IMG/VR virus record: IMGVR_UViG_3300025834_000005
From: a virus
Reading direction: 5' to 3' (one strand)
DNA length: 64,000 nt
In this document: piece after piece, positions 28,051 to 38,382 of the stretch
Layout of the letters: every line of letters starts with the position of its first letter
Position numbering within the stretch: the stretch's first letter is position 1
Notes under the pieces: generated by a model
Database searches by the model: none
What the model saw: the letters and a program-made list of their open reading frames with translations, nothing else
Told to the model about the DNA's origin: nothing
Made by a program: the position numbers and the translations under genes

Positions 28051-30588
28051 ATGGATAAAAACATTCTTGAATTTAGTGAATCAACAAATCAGTCGAATAA
28101 TAAAGTTACAGTTATTGAACTGGTGGATGTCTCAAAACCATCCAATGGTTTATCTGATAATGCTGGCGATATATTAATAATATCTGATAATTTAAATCCA
28201 TCTACAATATTAACTGATCCATCAAAAGCATTATCTATAAACTACACGCCCGTAAATGGTATGGTATCGATAAACGTTCAGGATGCTATTGATGAGTCGC
28301 AATCATATAACTTGCAATTAATTAGTGAATTTACAGAACATGCTGATGATGTCGCTATACATTACCCAATGTCTGGTATTACCATAACAGAATCACAGAT
28401 AACTGGTTTGCTCGATAATTTAGATTCTAAATCAGATACTGGACACACTCATAATTATGACACAATAAATAATGTGCCAAATCTAACGGTTTATCAGTCT
28501 ATTAGCGGCTTTACGGAACATGTTGATGATATTAATATACATTATCATCAGTCAGGCATTACAATCACGGAATCCCAAGTAACTAATTTGATTGATGATT
28601 TAAATTCTAAGTCAGATACAGGACATACGCATAATTATGACATAATAACCAATATTCCTGATTTATCGGTTTATCAATCAGTTAGTGGCTTTACGGAGCA
28701 TGTCGATGATGTTAGTATACATTATCCTCAGTCTGGCATCACAATTACAGAGTCACAGGTGACTGGCTTGCTTAATAAATATAGTTTATCTGGACATACT
28801 CATGATCAATATTTGATATCATCCGATTTAAATGAATATGCGACCATTGTAGAAACTGAAAGTCTTATCAATGGTGCTGTTTCTGGTTTAACATCTTCAT
28901 GGACTGAGATAACTGATAAACCCTCATGGCTTTCAGGTGATACTATGGGTGAATTTCAAACGAGTCATACGCATAATTATGATAATTTAGATAATCTGCC
29001 TAATTTATTTGATGGTAATTATATCTCATTGTCTGGTACGCCAGATTTAGCTGTTTACCAATCCGTTAGTGGATTTACAGAGCATGTTGATGATATGGAT
29101 ATACACTTTACGCAGTCGGGTATTACTATTAATGAAAATCAGATTCTTAATTTAGTCGGCGATTTAGCTAATAAGGAAAACATCGGCATAGCTGCTCAAT
29201 TAATATCCGATCTAAAAAATGGCGTTATTAGTGATGGTGACACGTTGAAAAAATTATATAATTTAATCGTATCATCGTATAGCGAAGTTACCGTTGAAAC
29301 ATTAGCATTGCGTGATGCATATAATGTGACAAAACTACCTACAGCCGTATTTGTTCTTGATGATGGTGACGCTAAATGGGCATTATATAAAGCGATTACA
29401 ACAGGAACTACGGCAACATATGTGAAACTATCAGACCCTGATCTTTTAAACGCTGTGATGACGGCAACACAGATACAAGCAGCTTATGAAAGTAATACCG
29501 ATGTGAATCGATTCTCAGATGTTATAAAAGCCAAATTAGACTCAATAACCGCTATATTTACATCGGCATTGAAAACAGCTTATGATACTGCAAGTGATTG
29601 GATTGTAACCAACGGTGTAAACATATTAAATCATATTAGTATTATAGCTGGTAATCCTCATGGGACAACAAAATCTGATATTGGGTTAGGCAGCGTTGAT
29701 GATACATCCGACATGGGTAAACCCGTTAGCACCGCACAATCAACCGCAATTAACTCAAAACAAGATGCATTGCCAGACCAAACGGAAAATGTTGTTAAAT
29801 ATTTATCGAATAATGGAACGATATTAAGTTGGGAAATTGTAGAAGCTGGTGGTACTCCAACTGCATCGGTTACGCCATTTACATCGCAATTAAGTGTTAC
29901 AGTATCACATAACTTCGAAACATACCCAATGGTTGAGGTAATTGACTCTAATGGTGTTGTTTTAATACCAATGTCAATTATACATAATAATATTTCACCA
30001 TTGTTATGTACTGCCGTAACAATTACCTTTAGTGCTGCTGTAAGCGGATTTATAATATTAACATATGGAGCAATAAAAGGTAGTAAAGGTGATAAAGGAG
30101 ACACTGGTGCTGGGATGACTTTATTTGCTGGTGGTACTACAGGTCAAGCTTTAATTAAGGGAAGTATTGAAGACTATGTTTATGCTTGGGGTAATGCATT
30201 GGCTGGCCCTCTTACTGGTGATGTAACAACAACAGGATCAGGTGTTTCAACAACATTAAGCGATTCGGTTGTTTCTTACTCTAAGCTGTCGCAAAACTTA
30301 GTAAGTAGCTTAAGTAGTAATACTGGAATATATAACTTTTCAGCAAATGGGATCATAAATGCAACGTTGTCGGCTACCACAGCAATTACTTTTAATAATT
30401 TACAATTGAATAAAAGCATAAAAATGAAATTAACTATTTCTAACGGTGCTGTTATAACATTTCCAGCATATTGTATAAAAATGTCTGGAAGTCAGACGTT
30501 AGGCGATGGAATATTTTATTTATATTTTGATTGTTGGAATGTTGCAAACGGTACTGAATTAGTTATTTATAGTATAATGAAACAATAA
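28051..30588 (+). CDS. tail fibre protein with 60-aa HxH-containing repeats and a short collagen-like GxY run
   Basis: Repeats SGFTEHVDDxxIHYxQSGITITESQVTxL..SKSDTGHTHNYD. GSKGDKGDTGAG segment. Confidence 0.7.
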   Translation: MDKNILEFSESTNQSNNKVTVIELVDVSKPSNGLSDNAGDILIISDNLNPSTILTDPSKALSINYTPVNGMVSINVQDAIDESQSYNLQLISEFTEHADDVAIHYPMSGITITESQITGLLDNLDSKSDTGHTHNYDTINNVPNLTVYQSISGFTEHVDDINIHYHQSGITITESQVTNLIDDLNSKSDTGHTHNYDIITNIPDLSVYQSVSGFTEHVDDVSIHYPQSGITITESQVTGLLNKYSLSGHTHDQYLISSDLNEYATIVETESLINGAVSGLTSSWTEITDKPSWLSGDTMGEFQTSHTHNYDNLDNLPNLFDGNYISLSGTPDLAVYQSVSGFTEHVDDMDIHFTQSGITINENQILNLVGDLANKENIGIAAQLISDLKNGVISDGDTLKKLYNLIVSSYSEVTVETLALRDAYNVTKLPTAVFVLDDGDAKWALYKAITTGTTATYVKLSDPDLLNAVMTATQIQAAYESNTDVNRFSDVIKAKLDSITAIFTSALKTAYDTASDWIVTNGVNILNHISIIAGNPHGTTKSDIGLGSVDDTSDMGKPVSTAQSTAINSKQDALPDQTENVVKYLSNNGTILSWEIVEAGGTPTASVTPFTSQLSVTVSHNFETYPMVEVIDSNGVVLIPMSIIHNNISPLLCTAVTITFSAAVSGFIILTYGAIKGSKGDKGDTGAGMTLFAGGTTGQALIKGSIEDYVYAWGNALAGPLTGDVTTTGSGVSTTLSDSVVSYSKLSQNLVSSLSSNTGIYNFSANGIINATLSATTAITFNNLQLNKSIKMKLTISNGAVITFPAYCIKMSGSQTLGDGIFYLYFDCWNVANGTELVIYSIMKQ
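28321..28812 (+). repeat. tandem 180-nt (60-aa) repeats, about 2.7 copies, plus a diverged copy near 29059-29170
   Basis: Units start at 28321, 28501 and 28681. Directly visible in both nucleotide and protein sequence. Confidence 0.8.
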
Positions 30589-30589
30589 T

Positions 30590-31441
30590 ATGATACCAAG
30601 TATAGGAATACCGATGATGTTAGTGGGTGGATCGTTTGAGGCTACTTTTAGTTCGCCAGCATTGGCAACTTATTATAGAAATACTAACGCTCTTCAAGCT
30701 AATGCATATGGTAATACATTAGCTGAATTCACAGCATTCTATGTTGGAACTACTTTAGAATCAATGCTTGCCGCTGGTACTATGAAAATACCTTTAAACG
30801 GTTATCAATGGTTTTTAGTACCTGAAACAGGTAATTATAAAATTGAAGCTCAGGGCGGTATTGGTGGTTATACAAATGTTTCAGGAAGAACTGGTTGTAA
30901 TTTAAAAGCAACATTTTCATTAGCTAAAAATGACATTTTATGGATTGCATGTGGTCGTGCAGGTTCAACTGGCAATGAATTAGCAAATGATAGATGTTCA
31001 GCTGGTGGTGGTGGTGCTACTGTTGTTGCTTATACGCCATCAGATACATCAATATCTAAAGTATCTATAGGTAGCATTACTCGATGCCTTATAATGGCTG
31101 CTGGTGGATTAGGAGCAAAAGAAAATATTCGAAATGGTGGTTTAAGACCAGCAGTATCACGTTCAGCTATTCCTTTAGACGGTACTCAATTTGGCTTTAA
31201 TGCTTTTAAATTGAATACAGTTAATGGTGTAGCTGGAGGTTATGGTGGTTATTATGGTTGTGGTGGTTTTATGGGTGGTAGCGCAACAGACGATAGCGAG
31301 GGCGGTGCTGGTGGTTATAATAATATGTGGGTAATCAACCCAAATAGTTTTGTAGACCCTTCAGGAACTAATATAACGAGAATAGATGAGGGTAATTTAA
31401 TATGGCCAGCTTCTGGATATGTAAAAATAACAAAAATATAA
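30590..31441 (+). CDS. glycine-rich fibre-associated protein
   Basis: AGGGGATVVAY, AAGGLGAKE, GVAGGYGGYYGCGGFMGG, EGGAGGYNN. Confidence 0.5.
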   Translation: MIPSIGIPMMLVGGSFEATFSSPALATYYRNTNALQANAYGNTLAEFTAFYVGTTLESMLAAGTMKIPLNGYQWFLVPETGNYKIEAQGGIGGYTNVSGRTGCNLKATFSLAKNDILWIACGRAGSTGNELANDRCSAGGGGATVVAYTPSDTSISKVSIGSITRCLIMAAGGLGAKENIRNGGLRPAVSRSAIPLDGTQFGFNAFKLNTVNGVAGGYGGYYGCGGFMGGSATDDSEGGAGGYNNMWVINPNSFVDPSGTNITRIDEGNLIWPASGYVKITKI

Positions 31442-31453
31442 AAATAGAAATTA

Positions 31454-31747
31454 ATGAAAATAGACAAACCAACAATTAATGATTTTACTAATGCACCGCA
31501 TACACATTCAGATGCAATAAATGGTGGACTAATTATTGATAATAATGTCGAGATAAATATTGATTTTACTGTTGTAACTCCATTAGTATATAACGTACCG
31601 AAAGCGATGATGCTTACTTCTCAAATAAGCGAGGGTTCAGCTGCTACATTAAGTACGCCATTAAATACAAATATGCCTAAATATAGAAAACTGATAATAA
31701 CACCAACTCAGATCGGATTGGTGACATTAATTGGACATTTAAATTAA
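31454..31747 (+). CDS. hypothetical small fibre-operon protein
   Basis: 97-aa ORF. APHTHSDAINGG echoes the HTH motif of the fibre repeats. Confidence 0.5.
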   Translation: MKIDKPTINDFTNAPHTHSDAINGGLIIDNNVEINIDFTVVTPLVYNVPKAMMLTSQISEGSAATLSTPLNTNMPKYRKLIITPTQIGLVTLIGHLN

Positions 31748-31754
31748 AAATAGT

Positions 31755-33509
31755 ATGAGAGAATATATACAAGTAAATCCCGTTGGTGGCGGCTCAACAC
31801 CTGTACTTCCTTGGGTTGAGCCTTCAGATTGGATAGATATTTCTGTGGTTGGAAATAATGAAATAAATTTATTAGTTACAAACAGTGCTTTAATTGCTTT
31901 TATTACTAAAGTGAATACAGGTACAGGAACGTTTTCAGTTGATTGGGGTGATGGTATTATCGAAGATAATTTGGTGGGTGATGGTACAACAGTATTTCAA
32001 CATCAACATTTAACTGGCGGAACATCTTGCAGCTTGGGCTATAATACTTGGAAGATCAGAATTTTTAATGCTTCTGGGAATATAACTATTTGGAAAATCG
32101 GAAAACCTAATAATGATTACGTAACATCATCACCTGTATTATCGGTAAATATTGGCGCATCATATATTACTAATTATGCTTCTACTTTTAGCATGAATAG
32201 TGTGTATTGTTATAGATTAAATAAATGTGTAATTTCATCATTTATAGCATGTGGCGATTGTAATATGATGTTTTTATATTGTAACTCATTAAAATCGGTG
32301 CAACTACCATCATCTTGGGGTGGCGTAAGTAATACAAATCAAATGTTTGTGAATTGTTATTCTTTAGAATCAATTAATATACCAGCAACTTGGGGCACTG
32401 GTATTACTAATACGAGTCAAATGTTTCAGGGCTGTACGTCATTAACTACTTTAACATTGCCAGCAACATGGGGAAATAACATATCCAACGTATCAAGTAT
32501 GTTTATAAATTGTTATTCGCTAAGTTCAATTACATTACCAACATCTTGGAATAACATATCCAACGTATCAAGTATGTTTCAGGGCTGTGGTTCGTTACAA
32601 TCGATTACATTACCATCATCTTGGGGCGGTATATATAATATAGCTCAAATGTTTGTTAGTTGTACTTCCCTAAAAAGTGTTAACTTACCAGCAGTATGGG
32701 GAGTTAGCATAACTTCAACTACAAGTTTGTTTAGTGGATGCGGTTCATTAAAAAATATAATCTTACCAACATCTTGGGGTAGTGTTAGCAATATTGTAAC
32801 TATGTTTTACGGCTGTACAGCATTACAGTCTGTTACATTTCCAACATCTTGGGGCAGTGTTAGCAATATTGCAACTATGTTTTATAATTGCACTTCATTG
32901 ATTACAATTACGTTTCCAACATCTTGGGGTGATATAACAAATGCGTCATCTGTGTTCCAGAACTGTACAGCATTACAGTCAGTTACATTACCAGCAACAT
33001 GGGGTAATGTAAATAATACTTCAAGCATGCTTTACGGATGTGCCTCATTAGCTTCTGTAGATTTAAGTAGCGGTACTAATAATATTACTAATTTTAGTTA
33101 TATGTTTTATAATTGTCCTACATTAAAATCCATAACGAACCTAAATACTCTTGGAAGCCTTATATCAACAGTAAATGGTGCTGGATTCCTTGGCTATTGC
33201 GCGTTATATAATTCACCAATTGTTATAACATCATTGCTTTCAAGTATTTCATTTTGCGGAAGTTATAATGGAAAAACAAAGATAACATCAATCAGACTTA
33301 CAAATGCAGCATCCACATTTACAGGTAGTGCGCCACATGTTGATGTTTCATATAATGAACTTTCGCAAGCAGCACTTGTAACATTATTTGGTGATCTACC
33401 TACACTTGTTGGAAAAACCATAAATATAACTCAGTGTACTGGTGCTGCCGCATTAACAGCAGGTGAAAGAGCAATTGCAACTGGAAAGGGTTGGACTATA
33501 ACTGGTTAA
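31755..33509 (+). CDS. BspA/DUF285-like 26-residue leucine-rich-repeat surface protein
   Basis: About 10 tandem units of C-x-SL-x-S-[IV]-x-LP-x-[ST]-WG-x-[IV]-x-N-x-x-x-MF. Confidence 0.7.
   Translation: MREYIQVNPVGGGSTPVLPWVEPSDWIDISVVGNNEINLLVTNSALIAFITKVNTGTGTFSVDWGDGIIEDNLVGDGTTVFQHQHLTGGTSCSLGYNTWKIRIFNASGNITIWKIGKPNNDYVTSSPVLSVNIGASYITNYASTFSMNSVYCYRLNKCVISSFIACGDCNMMFLYCNSLKSVQLPSSWGGVSNTNQMFVNCYSLESINIPATWGTGITNTSQMFQGCTSLTTLTLPATWGNNISNVSSMFINCYSLSSITLPTSWNNISNVSSMFQGCGSLQSITLPSSWGGIYNIAQMFVSCTSLKSVNLPAVWGVSITSTTSLFSGCGSLKNIILPTSWGSVSNIVTMFYGCTALQSVTFPTSWGSVSNIATMFYNCTSLITITFPTSWGDITNASSVFQNCTALQSVTLPATWGNVNNTSSMLYGCASLASVDLSSGTNNITNFSYMFYNCPTLKSITNLNTLGSLISTVNGAGFLGYCALYNSPIVITSLLSSISFCGSYNGKTKITSIRLTNAASTFTGSAPHVDVSYNELSQAALVTLFGDLPTLVGKTINITQCTGAAALTAGERAIATGKGWTITG
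32280..33140 (+). repeat. array of about 78-nt coding repeats (26-aa LRR units)
   Basis: Includes an exact 27-nt duplicate aacatatccaacgtatcaagtatgttt (near 32475 and 32553). Confidence 0.7.
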
Positions 33510-33570
33510 TTTGACAAGTAATTTATTATATCGATAATAATGGCATTGCTATGTCTGATTGTTATATACT

Positions 33571-33583
33571 TAGTATTTATATA
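33571..33583 (+). promoter_or_regulatory. phage-specific upstream motif (TAGTATTTATATA)
   Basis: 14 nt upstream of ATG 33597. Heads the second fibre operon. Confidence 0.55.
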
Positions 33584-33596
33584 AAACAAATTATTA

Positions 33597-34691
33597 ATGA
33601 AAGCAGTAATTATAAAAGACGGCGTTACAACTGGCAGAGAATTCGCCAAAACTATTAATGATAATTTCGCAGAAAATACAGGCAAGATCGTAACATTAGA
33701 AAGCACTGCGAATGCTTTAACAGCAGCTGTTGAGGACGTATTACTTGAAAATGCAGCAATTGCTACAGGTATAACAGAATTACATCTTGTTGACGTTGAT
33801 TTACAAAATCAAATTACTTCTGGCTTTACTGAGTTACATCAGGCTAATATTGATCTCGGAATACGCATAGATGATATAGTTGTCGGAAGTGGTGGAACTT
33901 CAACAACCACATATACCAATTTAACTCCAACACCATCAGCTTTAGGTGGATGGGTTGCTGGTAGTACATTTTCAGGCGTGACAACACAGCAAATGTTTGA
34001 TGGTTTATTTTATCCATATCAAACACCGACATTGGGAAGTTTTGCTATTACAGGTCAAGTTGGGTTAGTTGAGGTTGGCACTAATTTATCAGGATCAAAA
34101 ACATTTACATGGTCGAAAACTAACAACTCGAATATTAAACCTAATATAGGCTTAATTAGAGATACTGGCGATAATTCTGTTGTTGAATCAGGAATCAATG
34201 TTTTTGGTCTTGCAAGTAAGATTAGTACATTAACAATAAATAATTCATCGCCGATTACAAAAACATATAGACTTGAGTCTGAAAATACTAACAATCAAAC
34301 AATTCTAAGTAGTTCATTTTCATTTAGGTCTATTTTTCCAGTATTTTCTGGATTTGTTACACAGGTTGGCAGACCATTATCATCAGCATTGAATATTGTT
34401 AATTCTAATAAGAGGATTGTACTTAGTAACGGTGATACAGTGTTTACAATTAATTCTGCCGCCACCGATTATAGTTGGGTAGCGATTCCTCAAACAGGAA
34501 ATACTCAGTATACAAACTGGTTTATTACTGCTCTTAATAGCGGTAGCATTGGGGGATCAAGCAACTTGTTTGATACAGGCGAAAGTATTTTATTAACATC
34601 AGCAACAGGGCTATGGACAAACATCCCTTATTGGATATACATTACAAATTATCGCACACCAATAGCATCAATAACTTTAAAACGATCATAA
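33597..34691 (+). CDS. fibre-like protein
   Basis: 364-aa ORF. N-terminal helical/coiled segment, then a Ser/Thr/Asn/Gly-rich beta-type region. Confidence 0.5.
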   Translation: MKAVIIKDGVTTGREFAKTINDNFAENTGKIVTLESTANALTAAVEDVLLENAAIATGITELHLVDVDLQNQITSGFTELHQANIDLGIRIDDIVVGSGGTSTTTYTNLTPTPSALGGWVAGSTFSGVTTQQMFDGLFYPYQTPTLGSFAITGQVGLVEVGTNLSGSKTFTWSKTNNSNIKPNIGLIRDTGDNSVVESGINVFGLASKISTLTINNSSPITKTYRLESENTNNQTILSSSFSFRSIFPVFSGFVTQVGRPLSSALNIVNSNKRIVLSNGDTVFTINSAATDYSWVAIPQTGNTQYTNWFITALNSGSIGGSSNLFDTGESILLTSATGLWTNIPYWIYITNYRTPIASITLKRS

Positions 34692-34692
34692 A

Positions 34693-36630
34693 ATGGCAAT
34701 ACAATTAAGTGATAATATAAGCATAAACGCAGCCAAACCAGATGGTGCAAGATATTTTAATAGAGCTAACAGACCTTACGAAAGTGTTCAACAGGTTTTA
34801 AGTGAACTTGCTCAATCTGTCTTACATGAAGGACTTACAGTCAATGTAATGGGAATCGAATATTGGTTTCCAGATGGTATTAATATAGAGGTTAAATCAT
34901 CAGGAACAGGTAGTGTAGGCGTTACAGACGTTACATATAATGAGTTGATTACTATGATTGACGACGGCGGATTGGTGACAGGTGCTCAATATCGTATAAC
35001 CGATTATAAGACAATTCATAATATGCTTGATTATGCTGATTTAAGCGTATTACTTGACTATGATAATTCTGTGCCAGCTCCTACTAATATAGTTGTTACG
35101 CCAAATGCTGTTGGGGCAAACCCTGTAACATATTATTGCGTTGCTTTCGGCTTATTTGATGTACGCTATAAATTGAATGATACGTATGTTTCACTATTTT
35201 CAGAAGAATTTACATATACCGAAGGCGATGACACAACGTCAACCATGATTAGTTATGATTTTGGCTATATTGATAATGTTGACCTTATCAATATTGTAAT
35301 ATTAAGGGGAATTGAATCTGGCGTGTATACGTCTTATTTGGATGGCATAAGTAAATATGAACCGCTGCCATATGATATGTACAGCCAATTTTCTATTGGC
35401 AATACATCAGATTATTATAATTATAGCGGCTACCCTATAAACGTTGTTAACACAGGTGATCCAGAAGCTTTAATTGTGACAGCTAATGATTCAAATTCAA
35501 TAGACAAGTTGGCACGATCAGAAACATATCCACAGGATATTATTTATTATGATTGGAATCCAGATAAATGGAAATTAGACTCAGCTTTTTCAAACTATAG
35601 TGATTTTAACAATAGTAATGCTGATAGCTTAACTATTGTTGATGGATTTAAAGGCGTAATTTATTTTAGACATGATACATATAATGATAATTATATGGGT
35701 TACGATTTTAGAAATGTTAAATATCGTAGATGGGAGATCATGGAAATGCCTTGGGAGGCTACAAATGTATATAACAAGGGTGTATATGTTACGTATAATA
35801 ATATTTTATATATTTCTATCTCTGAAAGTAATTTAGGCTTCACCCCTCAATTTAACAATCTTAAATGGGGTGGTGTATTAACTTTAACTGATAAATTTTT
35901 TGTAGCTGAGATGAATTATAGTAATGGTAAATTCCAAGCTGGATCGGCATATGTAGACGTCAAGACGTTTGATTTAGACCCAACATTAGGCAATACCGCA
36001 ACATATGAAAAATCATGCTTATCAAATCATTTTTCATCTTATAGAGATGATACTGATAAATGGAATTCTGTTGGAAGCATACTTACTAATAATGTGTTCT
36101 TTTTAAATACTGAACCTCAGATTTATATGAATGCTTATGGTTATAGCTTTGCTAATAACACATGTTTTGGTGCTTTTAATGATTCTAATGTGGGCGATAA
36201 TTGTCAGTTCAACCTATTTATTGGTGGTTTCAGTTTTAATAATGCTTTAACTAAATTTTATAATAATGTAGTGAAAAATATGGATTCCTGTGATATTGCT
36301 ACTAACTTTAATTATAATTTTATTGACAACAATGTTAGTAGCAATACTTTTAAAAATAACGTACAGAATAGTATATTCAATAATGGTTTTTACGGAAATA
36401 CTGTAAACAATAGCGTTAATGGCGTTGTTGTTAGTAGCTATGCATCAAAGTGCGTATTTGACGATGGGGTATCTAATATTAACTTAAACTCGAATACTGA
36501 AGTGTCTGATATGATCAGATACTCAAATTATAATCATAGAATATTTATAGGTAATGGTAACTCTGTTTTCATCGAATGGTTCGACGAATTCTATGATAAA
36601 AATATTTTACAAATTCAGAAAAATAATTAA
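34693..36630 (+). CDS. receptor-binding/fibre protein sharing its N-terminal module with the 39679 gene
   Basis: MAIQLSDNISINAAKPDGARYFNRANRPYESVQQVLSE...GIEYWFPDGINIE is paralogous to the N-terminus of the 39679 gene. Confidence 0.6.
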   Translation: MAIQLSDNISINAAKPDGARYFNRANRPYESVQQVLSELAQSVLHEGLTVNVMGIEYWFPDGINIEVKSSGTGSVGVTDVTYNELITMIDDGGLVTGAQYRITDYKTIHNMLDYADLSVLLDYDNSVPAPTNIVVTPNAVGANPVTYYCVAFGLFDVRYKLNDTYVSLFSEEFTYTEGDDTTSTMISYDFGYIDNVDLINIVILRGIESGVYTSYLDGISKYEPLPYDMYSQFSIGNTSDYYNYSGYPINVVNTGDPEALIVTANDSNSIDKLARSETYPQDIIYYDWNPDKWKLDSAFSNYSDFNNSNADSLTIVDGFKGVIYFRHDTYNDNYMGYDFRNVKYRRWEIMEMPWEATNVYNKGVYVTYNNILYISISESNLGFTPQFNNLKWGGVLTLTDKFFVAEMNYSNGKFQAGSAYVDVKTFDLDPTLGNTATYEKSCLSNHFSSYRDDTDKWNSVGSILTNNVFFLNTEPQIYMNAYGYSFANNTCFGAFNDSNVGDNCQFNLFIGGFSFNNALTKFYNNVVKNMDSCDIATNFNYNFIDNNVSSNTFKNNVQNSIFNNGFYGNTVNNSVNGVVVSSYASKCVFDDGVSNINLNSNTEVSDMIRYSNYNHRIFIGNGNSVFIEWFDEFYDKNILQIQKNN

Positions 36631-36650
36631 TAAAAATATAAAAATATATT

Positions 36651-38363
36651 ATGGAAGCAACAACCACAACAACTTTAACACCAGCATTAGAATTAATATT
36701 TTTTAGCTTAGCAGATGCGGATACTTTAATTGGCGGATCATCATCCGATGTTAGTCTTTGGAATGCATTTTTTCAATTGCCAGATAATGGCAATCCCTTT
36801 ACATCTGTAACTACTGAATTCAATACGGTTAAATTAAGTGGCGGCTCAAGCATAAATATAGCACCTAATTTATTTGCGAATAGCACTGTATTATCATCAG
36901 TAAACGATTATGCTAACAGTGTAAAAATTATACGTAGCGGCGCATTTTTTAATGCTGATATATTGACTGAAATTAATTTACCTGCTGTTATCAGTATTGA
37001 CAATCAAGCATTTCAGGATTGTCAATACTTGAATGCTGTGATTATGCCTTCTGTAGCATCTATCAGTAATCAGTGTTTTATGAACTGTATAAATTTAGGC
37101 TATACCGATATTAAATCTGTTACATCTATTGGCGATTATGCTTTTTATGGTTGTACATCTTTGGGTAATATTAACATACCTGTTTGCACCTCTATTGGTA
37201 GTAGCACAGGCAATAATAATGTATTTACAGGTATAAATAGTCGTAATATTACTATAACAATTCCCTCATCATTGATGATAATAAATAACGGTAATCCTGA
37301 TGGGGATATTGTTGAATTACAAGCTCATAATTATGTTGGCGTGATTCAGATTTATCCAGCATTGGAGTTAACATTTGATGAGTTAAGTAATGCTGATTTA
37401 CTAATAGTAGGATCGTCATCAGATATATCTGTATGGAACGCATTCTTTGATTTGCCTAATTACGGCACGCCATTCACATCTGTTGCTGTTGATGGCAATA
37501 TAGTAAAATTATCTGGTTCATCGGATATTACTTTAAGGAATAATATTTTTTATTCAAACACGTCGATACTTTCAGTTGATGATAAGTCTAATTGCATTAC
37601 AACAGCTGGAGGTGATTGTTTTAATAGTTGTACAGCAGTAACAAGCTTCAGCTTACCAGCCTTAACAACTGCTGGATATAGCTGTTTTCAGAGTTGCACA
37701 GCAGCAACAAGCTTCAGCTTACCAGCCTTAACAACAGCTGGTGATGGCTGTTTTAATGGTTGCACAGCAACAAGTTTTAGTTTACCTGCTTTAACAACAG
37801 CTGGGTATAATTGTTTTTATAACTGTGTAGCAACAAGCTTTAGTTTACCAGCCTTAACAACAGCTGGTGATTTTTGTTTTAATAGTTGCACAGCTGCAAC
37901 AAGCTTTGATCTTAGCTCTTGTACTAATTTAGGCTCAACTGTCACAGATAATGAGATATTTGCTGGAATATCTGGTAATACTATTAGTTTAACAATACCA
38001 TCAGCCTTAATGACTATTAATGGTGGAAGTCCAGACGGTGATATTATTTATTTACAGTCTAATAACACTGTAACATTAAATTTAATACTCCTGATGGCGT
38101 TACAGAAGAAGATTCAGCCTAAAATATTTTTTAATCGTGATCCATCTGTCAATGATAATATGATTGCTGGTTTCTCAATTGGTCAGATTTGGCGTAACAC
38201 ATCAGCCAATAAAGAGTTTTTACATAGAACTGATGGTGAATGGATACCCTTAAGCTTTATTGTTAATAATTCATTTAATGGAATTCATGTTATAACGCAA
38301 GTAGACTTTGACGCATTGGTGACAATTGGTGAGAGTACAGTATATATAATAAAGAATACATAA
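36651..38363 (+). CDS. BspA-type leucine-rich-repeat (LRR_5-like) protein with internal duplication
   Basis: AF..C..L..I.[IL]P..V..I units. The N-terminal half is duplicated near aa 235. Five near-identical TTAG.xCFxxC(T/V)A(x)TSFSLPAL cassettes. Confidence 0.65.
   Translation: MEATTTTTLTPALELIFFSLADADTLIGGSSSDVSLWNAFFQLPDNGNPFTSVTTEFNTVKLSGGSSINIAPNLFANSTVLSSVNDYANSVKIIRSGAFFNADILTEINLPAVISIDNQAFQDCQYLNAVIMPSVASISNQCFMNCINLGYTDIKSVTSIGDYAFYGCTSLGNINIPVCTSIGSSTGNNNVFTGINSRNITITIPSSLMIINNGNPDGDIVELQAHNYVGVIQIYPALELTFDELSNADLLIVGSSSDISVWNAFFDLPNYGTPFTSVAVDGNIVKLSGSSDITLRNNIFYSNTSILSVDDKSNCITTAGGDCFNSCTAVTSFSLPALTTAGYSCFQSCTAATSFSLPALTTAGDGCFNGCTATSFSLPALTTAGYNCFYNCVATSFSLPALTTAGDFCFNSCTAATSFDLSSCTNLGSTVTDNEIFAGISGNTISLTIPSALMTINGGSPDGDIIYLQSNNTVTLNLILLMALQKKIQPKIFFNRDPSVNDNMIAGFSIGQIWRNTSANKEFLHRTDGEWIPLSFIVNNSFNGIHVITQVDFDALVTIGESTVYIIKNT
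37599..37922 (+). repeat. five tandem 63-66-nt cassettes
   Basis: Repeated agcttcagcttaccagccttaacaac(a/t)gctgg blocks. Confidence 0.8.
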
Positions 38364-38382
38364 GCTTCTTAATAAAAAAAAT

